64,000 bases of DNA from Chrysomallon squamiferum (GCA_012295275.1 CM022678.1:2542001-2606000); one strand, 5' to 3'. Counted from the first letter of the stretch, positions 40,313-60,266 are shown. Made by a program: numbers and translations. The notes: generated by a model from the letters alone, not told the origin.

Positions 40313-40601
40313 TTTTATTTATTTTATTTTATTTTATTTTATTTTATTTTATTTTATTTTATTTTTTTTTTTTTTTTTTTTTTTTTTGGTTTACTTTTCA
40401 TGTTGTGTCTTTATTTTCCAGTATTTATACTACTATGTGTTCTGCCACAAGGAATGCCCAGACAATTTTTCTATTGTGACAAACTACCCACGAAGGACTT
40501 TAGAGTGTGAACCAACCGAGGAATGTCCGGAACCCATGTCCTTCGAAAAGGCCGGATTGGGAAAATCCGAGATGCTTTTTGTTAATGATCACGAGGCGTA
40601 A
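31527..40601 (+). CDS. FAF2: FAS-associated factor 2 / UBXD8 (UBA - hairpin - UAS - coiled coil - UBX), 14 exons, 442 aa
   Basis: Exons 31527-31583, 32660-32728, 32912-33015, 33730-33845, 34360-34389, 35012-35112, 35604-35689, 36227-36318, 37040-37138, 38108-38186, 38385-38466, 39017-39106, 39881-40024, 40422-40601 (1329 nt). Motifs LLQYQDLTGI..HNWDIE, RPDPRRNVTDPLGDV, YSQALNDAKRELKFLLVYLHGDDHQD, LREQQDAAYLESLKADQEK, RLERRF, TNYPRR. CGGAAGT at 31497 upstream. Confidence 0.96.
39560..39905 (+). repeat. Four tandem ~91-100-bp copies spanning the FAF2 exon-13 splice acceptor
   Basis: AAA(C/A)AG|GAACGTGAAAGT(A/G)GAAAACAAGACT, with exon starts at 39599, 39699, 39790 and 39881 (the last is the real one). 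Confidence 0.9.
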
Positions 40602-40606
40602 ATTCT

Positions 40607-40912
40607 TGTTTACAGACAACGCAAGTGTTTGCAACCAACACAAGACTCCGTGTTTACGATTTACAACAAGAATAAATGTTTACAACTTTACCAGTGGCTT
40701 GGATGTTGACATTTTACACAAAACTCAAGTGTTTACATTTTACATAAAACTCAGTGTTTACGATTTACGCAAGACACAGTGTTTACGATTTACCAGTGAC
40801 TTGTGTGTTTACAATTCACAGCATCAATTGTTGACTGTTTTAAGATAACCAGGTGTTTACGATTTACTGTTGACTTGAATGTTTATGTTTCTTGGATGAC
40901 TAAGTGTTTACA
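40607..40912 (+). repeat. Degenerate ~25-bp minisatellite (13 units) with a TGTTTAC core in the FAF2 3' UTR
   Basis: Cores at 40607, 40626, 40651, 40677, 40704, 40730, 40755, 40780, 40806, 40829, 40854, 40880 and 40905. Confidence 0.85.
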
Positions 40913-41355
40913 ATCATCACTGACACATTATGGATTACAAACAATTTACAATCACTGACTGATATTTTTATGGTTTTAAAATCTTATTACAAATTAAATG
41001 AGAAATGGAACATTTTGTTTAATTTGTTCACAGGAAAACAAAATACTGTTTAAGAACATCAGAAAAGAAAGAGATTTTCTAAATGTTTTCCCAGAATCTA
41101 AAACAAAAATGGAGTCAAGTAAAATGATACAAAAGAAAAAGAATTTTTTTAAAATTACATTTTCATTTAATTTTCTCATAGAAAGAGGAAACATTTATTT
41201 TATTTGCTTTGAAAATAAAGCGGTGTATATGTATTTGGCAGTTTGTGAATGATAATACTTTTTTTTTTTTTTTTTTTTTTTTTCTGTATGAAGATTAATT
41301 ATTCGTGGACTATTATAAACTGTGAAATTCATGCTAAGAAAGATGACATTTTCTT

Positions 41356-41393
<38 letters not shown>

Positions 41394-41625
41394 GTTATAG
41401 ATACCAACCAGAGTACTGATATGATAGTTTTGTTTCAAATAGTCTGGAAACCAATTACATATATGTTTATTTTTTCTCTCCTTTCTTTTTATATATATAT
41501 ATATATATGTACTTCTTTTGTTTTTCAAATTTTTTTTATTGATATTTACAAAACATGGGATTGTACTGATATCATTTAAGAAATATCTTATTTTTCAATC
41601 TTTATTTTATTTTTTTTTTTTTTTC

Positions 41626-41674
<49 letters not shown>

Positions 41675-42279
41675 TTATTATTCCATTTATTTATTTATTT
41701 ATTTAATTTTAATTCTGATTAAAATGTATTAATTTGAATAATTACTGAACATACCTCAGGACCTTTTTTTTCAATCATAGTTATTAGTTTTTACATAGTA
41801 TTCAGAGCAGTAGATTTTTATCTTCTCAGTAGTTTGTACAGTAACAATTTAAATAATTGTCATGTAATTTGTGAAATTACAGATTGGACTGAAAATAGTT
41901 GGTAACATTTAAAAACTTTGAAATTTTTTTACAGTTTTTAAATTGGACTTTGAAAGTTGTGTGTGGGGGGAAAAAAAAAAAAAAGTTTTAGGAAGAAGAA
42001 AAGATTTTGAAAAATTATACTGGTATTATACTGAATGTGAAAGATTTATAATTGAAAATTTTTTGAAAAGATGAATGATATTTGAATAATGTGTGAACAG
42101 AGAGGATGATAGTGGGATAAGAAAAAAAATGATGATGTTAGAAATTAGGTGAAATGGATTGCATTGTAAAATGAAAAAAAATCCTTTTTTTTTTTTTTTT
42201 TCTTTTTTATTAAATTGTGCCTCAAAAAGAATCACACTAAAAAGAGAACAATGAAAAATGTTCAAAGGGATTAGATAGT

Positions 42280-42620
42280 GACACTGAAAAGTGTGTTAAA
42301 AGTTACAGCATTTACAAGTGTTTTGAAAAAAAGGTGATATTGATAATTAAGATATGAAAGGTGATATTGGATGTCACTGAAAATTGTGTGAAAAAAGGGT
42401 GATATTGAAAATAGTGTGAAAAGGGTGACATTGAAAATAGTGTGAAAAGGGTGACATTGAAAAAGGATATGATATTGAAAATTGTGTGAAAAGGATGTGA
42501 TATTGAAATTTGTGTGAAAAGGTTGATATTGAAAAAGGATATGATACTGTAAATTGTGAAAAGGGTGACATTGAAAACTGTGAAAAGGGTGATATTGAAA
42601 ATTATGTGAAAAGGGTTGAA
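42280..42620. repeat. Degenerate ~22-25-bp minisatellite (GTGAAAAGGGTGA(C/T)ATTGAAAAT)
   Basis: About a dozen imperfect units visible. Confidence 0.8.
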
Positions 42621-43286
42621 TTTACATATAACCGTGTCACATGTAAATGGTGTGTTTTTAATACTGGATGAAATTTGGGCTAAACTTCACATGGGTATAT
42701 TTGAAAAAAAATATGTTAAAATGCTTTTTATTATTTTTTTTTTCTTCCTCTTATATAATTTAATTTTCAAATGTAGTGTATATAATTTAATTAGTAAATT
42801 TAGTTTTTTTGTAACCATAGAAATATTACAAAATGACTATTACGTTTTGTTTGATTGCATTAACATCATTACTACTACTACTGTTACTACCACTACTACT
42901 ACGCTACTGCAGCTACTACTACTACTACTATGCGGTTAATACTAACACTCCTGTCATTATAATCACCATTTTTCTTATTCCTATTACTGTTTTCATTTGT
43001 TGTTTTCTTTTTTTTTTCTTTTTTTTTTTTTTCTCTTTTTTTGTATTTTATATTTATTTATTTATTTATATTTTTTAATATTTTGTGAAAAGTCAAACAT
43101 AATTCACTGATAATAATAATAACAATAAAATGTTTATTCATGAAACAAACGTGGCATTTACTTCATTGTGTTATTTAAAACATAAGCAGTATCCTTTTCT
43201 TTTTCTGTTGCCTGCTGTTAATGCATTTATAAACTGTAATAAATTAATTTATGAGCTATAATAATAAATCAGAATCATAGTGTGTT

Positions 43287-43384
<98 letters not shown>

Positions 43385-44323
43385 CTTAGCTAATTCAAAT
43401 TATATGTATTTAATGTGTGGGCATGAAAATGTGCTGATATAGGCATTTATGCATTTTTGTACATAGATTTCTTGATGAATGCATGTATAAGTGTATGTAT
43501 GTATGTCTGTGTATATTGTTTCTGTATGTGTGCATATATATATATACACACACACACACATACTGGTGTTTGTTTATTATGTATGTGTTTATTCATACTC
43601 GGTCTTTACAGTTCATTTCTCTCAACAATAACAACTAAGAATTTGCATATTTATCATCATTGCTTATACTAGTCAATTACAGTTTTGGAGATTTAAGGGA
43701 GTTTCTGTTTCTTTTCTTTTTAACTTTTAAAAACGATTGTGCCTGATTTGATTTAAATATCTATACTGTAGAATAAAATTTAACGTTTTTAAGACTGCCC
43801 AGTCTTTAGAGGTTTTTTCTAACAAAAGTAGTGCCAGATTTGCACTAAAAATTCGCAGTTTACGAAGACATTTAGATTTAAGAGTACTCAGTCTTTAACA
43901 CGTTTTATTCACTGTGCTAGAGGCAAACATTACTCAGTTGTTACAGGTTTTTCTAATAACAATGCTGCCTAAATACCAGTAACCCAGTCTTTGCAGATAA
44001 TTTCTAACAATACTGCGATTTTAACTAAATTGTTATATTTTTACCGTTTAATATTAAAATAACATCTTACACAATAAAAACTATAAAAAAAAGTTAATAA
44101 GCGTGGAGATGATAATCATTAAAAACAACAATCTATAAAAGTAGCATTAAGCCTGCCAACAAAAGAGAGAGAGAGAGAATGAGTTATCATTTTTTATTTA
44201 CTGCATTCTGATTAAAAATTGCCAAAGTTTAGTTTTCATCATCAGTTTTTGTACAAATAAAAATGTGTTAATTGAAATTGTTTGTTTCTTACTATCCCTT
44301 GAAAATAAATATCTGTATTTGTA

Positions 44324-44432
<109 letters not shown>

Positions 44433-45812
44433 ACTTTTAATCTGGCTCCTATATATTTATTAATCGCTGCCTGATAAAACACATTTACGTATATATATAT
44501 ATATACACACACACACACATGCATGAAATACGAATATTACTCTTTTTAATTGTTTTAATTTTATATTTCACACGCACACACACACATAATGAAAATCTAA
44601 ATATCTGAACAAAACAAAAAAAAAAAGAAACAGAAACCGACAGAAAGTTAACATCTCAGATATTCAGTTCTGCGCTTTTCCTGGACAGCCAGTACCCCTT
44701 TACTTATTTGTATTGAAAAAATCATAACACGTGCTTCACCGTCTATGTGTGTGTGTGTATTCATAAAATTATCCTTGCTGCTTAAGGAAAACCAACAGCC
44801 CATTGTGCTGGCAAAAACATACTCATTTATTTATTTATTTATTTATCCCCAATTATTATTACGATTATTATTATTATTACCAATTTTTATTTTTATTTTT
44901 ATTCTTTTTTGTTGCTTTATCTACATACAGCCCGAATACAGACGTTGACTTAGAATATGTAAAATGATTTTAAAATAAAAACGTGTCTACTTGTTACGTC
45001 ACCACACCATTTCCCGAAACAAAAATACAGCGAGCAGGAAATCAGTTATCGATTGGTTGGTTCTTCTTGTTTACGACTTGGTCTGCCTTCGTCCATTTTG
45101 TAATTAAACTGTACGGGAAACGTCTGCTGTTTGCACGAGCTGTTTGCGTGCAGAACTAAATATGTACAACGGGAACGCAGAAACGAGAAAGCTGTCTCGA
45201 GTATTACGTGTGTAGTTTTTGTGTCTTCAGCAGTCTCGAAATGTGTGTGTGTGTGTGTCTGTGTGTGTGTGTGTGTCTGTGTGTGTATGTGTGTGTGCGT
45301 GTGTGTATGTCTGTGTGTGTGTATGTCTGTGTGTGTATGTGACTGTGTGTGTCTGTGTCTGTGTGTGTCTGTGTGTGTATATCTCTGTGTGTATGTGTGC
45401 GTATGTGTGTGTCTGTGTGTCTGTGTGTGTGTATGTGTGTGTGTGCGAATGTTTCTCCTTTCTAATACAGACTGCGTGTATATAAGCAAAATTAACTGAT
45501 GACTATAAAATGATACGGCTTAAATCTACGACCGTTTGTCAATCGATTACTTTTAATAATAATAATAATAATAATAATATAATAATGATGATGATGATAG
45601 TAATAATAATAATCATAATCATAATCATAATCATAATAATAATAATCATAATCATAATCATAATAATAATAGTATAATAATAATACTGATGTTAGTCATA
45701 ATAATAATAGTAATAGTAATGATTATGATAATAATAATAATAATAAATTAGCAGCTTGTCGTTAATACGTAAGTACTACAATGAGTTTCTCGTTAATCGC
45801 ACAGAAGAGCAC

Positions 45813-45906
45813 TGACCTGCTGCCCTATGACCTTCCGCCCTCTGACCTGCTGCCCTATGACCTTCCGCCCTCTGACCTTTCTGCATGCAGGATGGTGCGT
45901 ATAAAA
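45813..45906 (+). promoter_or_regulatory. Nuclear-receptor half-site array (alternating DR2/DR1) abutting the TATA box of the acyl-CoA synthetase gene
   Basis: TGACCT-gc-TGCCCT-a-TGACCT-tc-CGCCCT-c-TGACCT-gc-TGCCCT-a-TGACCT-tc-CGCCCT-c-TGACCT (45813-45878; a 30-bp unit duplicated). TATAAAA at 45900-45906. Confidence 0.6.
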
Positions 45907-46442
45907 GATTCGTTACTGTTAATCAGAAAACGTTGTTCATGAATTGCGGTAGTGGGTTTCTTCTAATATAATATATAATATCAATAATAAGTACATAAAT
46001 AAAATGTCCTGCTTTCGTTCTGTATAAAGAAACAAGAGTCATTTTTCAGAATTAACGTTCCCAACTTCACCGGTAAGCTCACAGAAGTCCCGACCACGTA
46101 CGGAAAGTTACGAAGTTCGTTCTCGCTTGAACTGTCGAGGGCAGTGACCCCAAACGGTCATTTCTGTCCGAAGGTAAACTCTTGTTGTTGTTGTTGTGCA
46201 GCTGGTATGTAAACATGCGACCCGTTTGGCAACGTGTATCAGCGGAAAGAACCGTCAAAACAAGATACGTTTATCCCGTTCTCGCCGAGTCCTTAAATCA
46301 GTGTAAACAGACCATTCTAAAGACCGATAAAAACTGGAAGTGATAACAGTGATAATTCAGTTTAGTTTACGTGTGGGTAATTTTCGAGCGAAGGCTTCCT
46401 CACAAAGGAGAAAATTAATTCTTTGTATTAATAATATTAACA

Positions 46443-52696
<6,254 letters not shown>

Positions 52697-53805
52697 AACT
52701 TCGATGAATACTTTTATACAGTTAATCACTTTAAGGTGTATTAAATTTTGAAATCACTTTAAAATTGTAGTTCCAAATGGAAAATGTATTTTGTTAACTG
52801 TAAATCTTCTGGGTTTTTTATTGAATTAAAATGGAAAGATAGATTAGTCTACTGGAAGTGATCGTCAGTAAAATAAAACAAAGATATAAAAATGTGGATA
52901 AGTTTGGTTCTTGCTTAATATATTCATCTCCTAGCTGAGATTAGAAATATTAGAAATTGATTGTAGAATGTTAAAAATTTTGATATATATTTATATTTGT
53001 AATAATGCATTTCACAATACATTTTTTTTATTTTGAATAATGAAACATTCAGAATACATTTTTATATTTGCAGTAATGATACATTCAAAATACATATTTA
53101 TATTTGTAATAATGACACTTGTAGAATACATTTTTATAGTAATTTATTTTGTCGTGGTATTTTCATCGCTTATATTAATTTAATTTTTTTTTTTTCTAGT
53201 AACCGCCTGTATCAACTTTAGTTTTTGAGTTTTGTATCCAGTGTAAAATAAAATATATATTTCAAACACCATGAATGTTCTTTTCTTGATTTTCTTTTGT
53301 TTGTTTCCATGTCAAAACATTAAATAAAAATAATAATAATTATTATTATTGTTTTCAAAAAATCCCGTTCAATAAAAGTAAATAAATAAATAAATAAATA
53401 AGAAGACTTTTCGAAACTGGTTTTGGATGCGTGGACATTTTTCTCAGTACAATTAAGTTAATTAAAAAACCTGAAACAAGTTGACTGACGTTCTCACTAA
53501 ATGATTTCCATAAAACATGGCTTATTTTATTTCGTAAAAAACTTAAACTGAAATAAGTAAATAAAACTGAACGATAAAAAATATGTTATCGTGATGACAT
53601 TATTGTTATTATTACTATTACTACTATCATCATTAGTATAATTATATTTTCATCAGTCGATGTTTAAAACTGAATTTATCAATTCATTTTATTATTCTAT
53701 AACAGTTTCATCTTTCTTTCTTTCTTTCTTTCTTTTTCTGTATGTTTACGTGAATTGATATCCAGAAGGCAAAAAAAAAATAATAATAATAATAATAATA
53801 ATAAC

Positions 53806-53838
<33 letters not shown>

Positions 53839-54515
53839 TAATAATAATAATAAAATAAAATAAAATAAAATAAAATAAAATAAAATAAAAAAAAATAAAA
53901 TAAAATAAATAAATAAATAAAATAAAATAAAATGAAATAAAAATGAAAATGACGGATTAGAAATTACCATAGCCTTGATGTTGTCATACTTTATTATTAA
54001 CAAAGTATGATGGCGAGCAGTAAACAAAACAATGATTATGGAAGCATAAATGTATTAACTATTAGATACTCACAATTATAAACAGATTTTTTAAATACCA
54101 ATTAATAAATGATGATGATGATGATGATGATGATAACAATAATGATAATGTTAATAAATAAATGAATGAATAAATGAATGAATAAATATATTTCGTTCTT
54201 ATTTTATTTTATTTACTTACGTGTTTGTTTATTTATTTATTTTGAAGAAAATAACTGCTGAGTTCAACTTGTGTACACAAACAAATAAAAACATTTTCTT
54301 TTCGGTTGATGTGAGAAGAGAAAAACATAAAAATAAAAGATTTGAAGGATTTTCGTACTGAAAAGAGATGCGGTTTCATTGTTATGGCAACGATAAAAAC
54401 CCTCAGAATAGAAATATTTTGTGATAAAATGTATTAATAGAACAGAGACCTTGACCCGAGTGTGTGTACATACGTTTATGTGCGTACATGTGTGACTGGA
54501 TGTGTATATATGTAG

Positions 54516-54565
<50 letters not shown>

Positions 54566-54626
54566 CGTATGTATATATGTATGTATATATATATATATGT
54601 TGTATGTATGTATGTATGTATGTATG

Positions 54627-54657
<31 letters not shown>

Positions 54658-55419
54658 ATGCATATATGTGTGTACGTTATGTATGTATGTATGTATTTAT
54701 GTATGTATGTAGATAGTTAGATAGGTAGGTATGTAGAAGGTTTCCTATTATCATCGTCATCATTATCACCATTATCATCATCATCATCATCATCATCATT
54801 TTCCATTATCATTAAAATAATCATTTTCCTAAACTAAAGTATCATCATCATTGCTCATTAGTTTTATTTTCATAATTTCGTCATTAAGATTCATGTTTAG
54901 AACAAAAGTCAAAACTTTGTCCAGTACCTGCACTACTACTGTACAACAACGACTACTACTACGACGACGTCGTCACAACTCAGCTGTTAATAAATCTACC
55001 CATGCATTCATTTGAAATCCGCTGCAGTCCAATGCACAGGTGAAAATAACAATCTTTGAGAATTCTTTCAAAAGTGATGAAAATCTATAATCCATGAAAA
55101 AAAAAAAACCTCGACTACATACTTACATTTTAACATTCCAGTGGACAGGTCAACACATTAACGAGGGGGGGTGGTGGTTGCTATAATAAGTATTGTGTAT
55201 AAGTTTGAAGATGAAAGTAGTTTGATAACCAATATACAAAATGGGTGACAAAACTTTTTTTTTAAAAGGGGGAGGTGGAATGGGCGTCCTTTGTACCCCC
55301 CTGGATGCGTCCCTGGCTCGGAAATACAAAGAAGTTGTTTAGACGTGTTGTTGTTGTTGTTGCCCACAAACAGAAATTTTTAATCATATCGAGTCAGAGT
55401 CGACGAAAACAAGTTAGAA

Positions 55420-55457
55420 ATGAGGTAAGATATTCTAGAGTAAATTTCGTTGTTTTT

Positions 55458-55534
<77 letters not shown>

Positions 55535-56219
55535 ACCTATTTCAGTCTTTTGTATCTTTATCTCAAATATTTTAATAATTAAAGACATAGTAGACAATTA
55601 AGTAGACATAAGGAGAGATTCAGATGGAGTACATGTAAAAAATACATCAAATATTCTTATTTCTTTTTCTTTTTTTTCAGCCGTCCTAAAATCGTAGTCC
55701 ATCAGTTAGGGCGTGGCCCACGAGCCCCGAGCCTCGGTCCATTCGTGGTCAAACTGGAAACGTACATGAGAATGGCGAGAATTAATTACACGGTTTGTAA
55801 CGTTCTATTTTTTCGTTATCTTTTTTTACGTTTTGAACGGGGATTTTGGGGTCGTTGTTTTTTTTTTTTTTTTTTTTTTACCTTTTTTTCTTCCATTTCC
55901 TTCGTTTATTCTTTTTCTTTTCTATTTATTCTTTCTTATTTTTCGTAGGGGATATTATTTATTTATTTATTTATTTATTTATGTATTCGGGTGTTTAGGT
56001 ATAAAGAAATGTGAGTTAATACGAAGGAGATTAGTCTCAGCTGGCAAAAATTTGTTATATGTCTATAAACTACCATAATCGTATTAACACCCCGAACCAT
56101 GAATGTGTGTGTGTGAGTGTCCGAGTGTTTATGTGCGTATGTATGCGTGCGTGCGTGTGTGTATTTATGTTTATTTATTTATTCGTATTTTTGTATATAA
56201 CTGTTTGTGTGTTTTCGTG

Positions 56220-56270
<51 letters not shown>

Positions 56271-56358
56271 TTATGTCCACAGTCATATTTAACACTTTCG
56301 AATAAAACGAACGATATGGGTCTAACTGATCTTTCATTATGTACAGTTTTTAAATTAA

Positions 56359-56418
<60 letters not shown>

Positions 56419-56760
56419 GTAACAGTAACAGTAACAATAACAATAATAATAATAAATAAAATTATTTTATTTATTTATAATTTTACTATTTATTAAAAGC
56501 AAGTCAGCTTTTGTGGGAAAGGTCAAATATTTATTTATTTATTTATTTAAATATTTATTAAACAGAGTGAATTTGGATGGAAAATGTCTTCAAAGGGTAA
56601 AATACCCTGGATCACGTTTAATGGCAAGTCTATCGACGACTCCCAGCACTGCATCGAGTTCCTCAACAAAAACCTCGGAGTTGACCTCAACAGACAGCTG
56701 ACGTCAGAACAGCGTGCAGTGGCGCGTGCGTTTCAGAAAATGATAGAAGAAAATACATAC

Positions 56761-56826
<66 letters not shown>

Positions 56827-58224
56827 CATATCGTTAAATATACTACTGCTATTATTACTTAGTGTGGACCAAAAACAACAAAAACCAGTATACTACTGTC
56901 ACTACTACTTCTCCTTCCGTTACTACTACTATTACTAAACACTACTACATATTATTTCAACTACTAGTATTATTACTTCTACTACTATCATGGCTACTAC
57001 AACACCATTATTACAGCTGTTACTATCACTTCTACTACTACCACAGCTACTGCTACTACTACTACTGCTGCTATTAATAATAATAGCATTATCATTGCTG
57101 CTATTACCACCACCAACAACATTACTACTGCTATTACTATTACCACCACCACCATCACCACAACCACTACTGTTACAACTACTACTACTGCTACTACTAT
57201 TACTACAGCTACAACTTCTACAACTACTACTACAACATCAACGAAGTCGACCGTCACTGTTATAACCACATTTATTTTTAGGTTACTGGTACTCAGTCGG
57301 TTTATATACGACAACAAGGAATTCATGAACAAAGTTTGTGGCTTTCCAAAACTCCTGATCTGGGTGCTCTCGAGAAAGTGCAAGAAAATGGCCGACGCGC
57401 ATGGAATCGGTCGACACAACCAGAACGAACTGGTAGACATCCTCCACGGCGATCTCGAAGCGCTGTCCGTATTTTTAGGTACTAAGACTAAAATATAAAT
57501 TAACTTTAGTGTTCAAAATATATAAGTGTTTTTATTTTGTAATAATAATTATCATATTTTTTTGTTTCCTTTTATGTCGCCAGTTTGGGCAGTTCCACAT
57601 TCCAAACAGTGCTTTTGTGTTTAGTTTATCGACACCCGTGGTTTGTGTTTCCCTGTTTGAAGAAAGGTCACCCATTACCACTGTTTGGTTTGATATCGAT
57701 AAAACAAGTCTAGATAATACCGCTGCGGACTTCCCCTCTCAAATCGTTGTTAACAGAAAACAGTTCATTTACATTTGACATCCGAGAATTAATTGCACGT
57801 AATAAAATAATGTTTAATAATTGTATAATAATTCTGTATATTAATTATTACTCCTATGTAATAACACAAAAAATATATTTAGCCACAGAATTCTGTGTCT
57901 GTCGTGCTATTTATTCAGCATTCTCTACTATTTTTCCCTTGTCGCTAAAAACATTTACGAGAAAAGACGAACACGGAACAGGAAGTAAAACGCATTGCTC
58001 TGATCGCTTTAAGCAGGGTAGAGTTATTTCCCTTAAGTACTTTGTTCGAATCTTGTTCGAAAATCTTCCTATTTTATAAAGAAGAAAGAAAAAGAAAATC
58101 ATATTTTTAGTTAGTTAATTAATTAATTAATAATAATAATAATCAATAATTATATTTATTACATTTATTATTATTATTATTTTTATTATTATTATTATTT
58201 TATTATTATTATTATATTTATTAC

Positions 58225-58274
<50 letters not shown>

Positions 58275-58428
58275 TGACAAAATGTTCTTATTTGGTGATG
58301 AACCGTGTGAAACTGATGCTGCAATATTTGGTATGTTGTCTCAGTTCCGCTGGCAAAACCCAGGAGCTCCCGGGGAAAAATTTGTCACAGGTAATACTTC
58401 CTGTTTTTACGTAAAACGTTCGGGAAAT

Positions 58429-58467
<39 letters not shown>

Positions 58468-58910
58468 TGTATTTATGTATTTATGTATTTATTTATTTCA
58501 TAGTTTTTATTTTATTTTATTTAAAATGATTTTATTTTATTTTGTTATTGTTCTTATATAAATATACTGTAAATATAATGTACATGTTATAATATGAATA
58601 AATTGCTGATATAATTAATGTGGCATCTGAAGGATTAATTAATTAGTTATAAAAGCGAATCAACTTCACATTTATTATTATTGATGTTGTTGTTATTGTT
58701 GTTGTTGTTGCTGCTGCTGTTGTTATTGTTGTTGCTGCTGCTGTTGTTATTGTTGTTATTATGTGGTTGTGTTGTTATTATTGTCGTTGTTTTTTTCCCC
58801 TAGAAACATTCGTGAATCTCCGTAATTACTGCGACCGAATGAAAACGAGATTCTGGCCGGACTGGGACGAATGCATTACGCATGACGGAAAAACCAAACC
58901 ACCAAAATAA
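55420..58910 (+). CDS. FAXC: Failed axon connections homolog (FAXC)-like, metaxin-like GST-fold protein, 6 exons, 244 aa
   Basis: Exons 55420-55424 (ATGAG|GTAAGA), 55681-55792, 56566-56762, 57282-57478, 58274-58390, 58804-58910 (735 nt). Motifs PSLGPFVVKLETYMRMA, SSKGKIPWITFNG..DSQ.CIEFL, ARAFQKMIEENTYW, HGIGRH, DLEALSVFLGDK.FLFGDEP..DAAIFG, YCDRMK.RFWPDW. Confidence 0.9.
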
Positions 58911-59482
58911 AAAAAAAAAAATAATAATAAAAAAAAAATGATATAACGATATTAACTTTAAAAAAGCAAAAAATAAGATATTATTACTCAGTTTTGTTAG
59001 TGTGTTGTAATTATGTAATCAGACGTATTAATTAGTCATAGCATACAGAATGTGAAGAATTACTTTGAAGTTATGTAACTCCATTTCATTTTTTTACGCT
59101 GTAACAAGTGTAATTTTGTCGAAACGTATAAAGATTATTTTTATTGTTTATTTTTTTATTTATGTTTATTAGTACTTGGAAATCCACATATCAAAAGAGA
59201 AAAAACAAAATAATAATATATATTACTTATTATTATTATTATTATATAAATATGTTGTAATTTATAATGTACATGTAATGATGTGAATAAACAGCTCAAA
59301 GAACGTGTTTCTGGAGGATTAATTAATTACAGGTATGAATGCTTTATTTGTCCGTTCTCGCGGGAATCTGTAACAGGTGTAGGAAACAGCGACAGCCGAT
59401 TGTTATCAGTATGATCATTACACAGAACGTGTCTCATTATGATAAATATTTTAATACTAGAAAGTGTTAAACATTCGATTTT

Positions 59483-59542
<60 letters not shown>

Positions 59543-60233
59543 ATTATTTACAGTACGTAAAGAAATGAGCATATATATACTTTATAAAAATAAATAAATA
59601 AACAAAACGAGAAAGAATGAATAACACACACACACACACACACACACAAACAAATGAAGTAATGATACCGAAATTCTTGTTCTGTTCTGTTTTGTTTTCT
59701 TGTTTCCTTTCCTCGTTTCATTTTAGTTATTATTATTATTATTATTTTTATTTTTTTTTAAATCACACCTATGTTTGATCAGCTACGTAAGAGGTAAAAT
59801 CATAACTTAAAACGTAATTTCCTCTTATCCTAGAGTACAAAAATAGTTTTTATCTGTTATCCTATTAACCAATTAAACCCACATCAACAGTCATCGTTTA
59901 ATCCTTTTCTTTTTTTTTTTCTAATTATTCTTTTTTCTTCTTCTTCTTTTTTTTTTTTTTTTCTCCTAAGCCAGTTGAAAGTTATTATATTACGTATGAC
60001 ATACACTTCCGTAAAAAACCTTTTTGTCATAAACAGATACAATAGGCTGATCCTATATTTAGATTTCTGACACTCCCAAAAGAAGTGGGGAATCCGTCGA
60101 AGCGAGTTACTGACGTAATATGAAACTATCTTCCAAAACGTCTTTCTGGTTATTTTGATTATCAGGGTGTACGACATTTGAATGAGAGAAACTGTTATTA
60201 AGGTAAATAACTGTTAAAGCTATTCTTCTTCTT

Positions 60234-60266
<33 letters not shown>

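Noticed and set aside
40607-40912. Regularly spaced repeats superficially like a CRISPR array (also 101-380 and 42280-42620)
   Set aside because: Eukaryotic context, no cas genes, short degenerate cores, and spacers related to each other. These are minisatellites.
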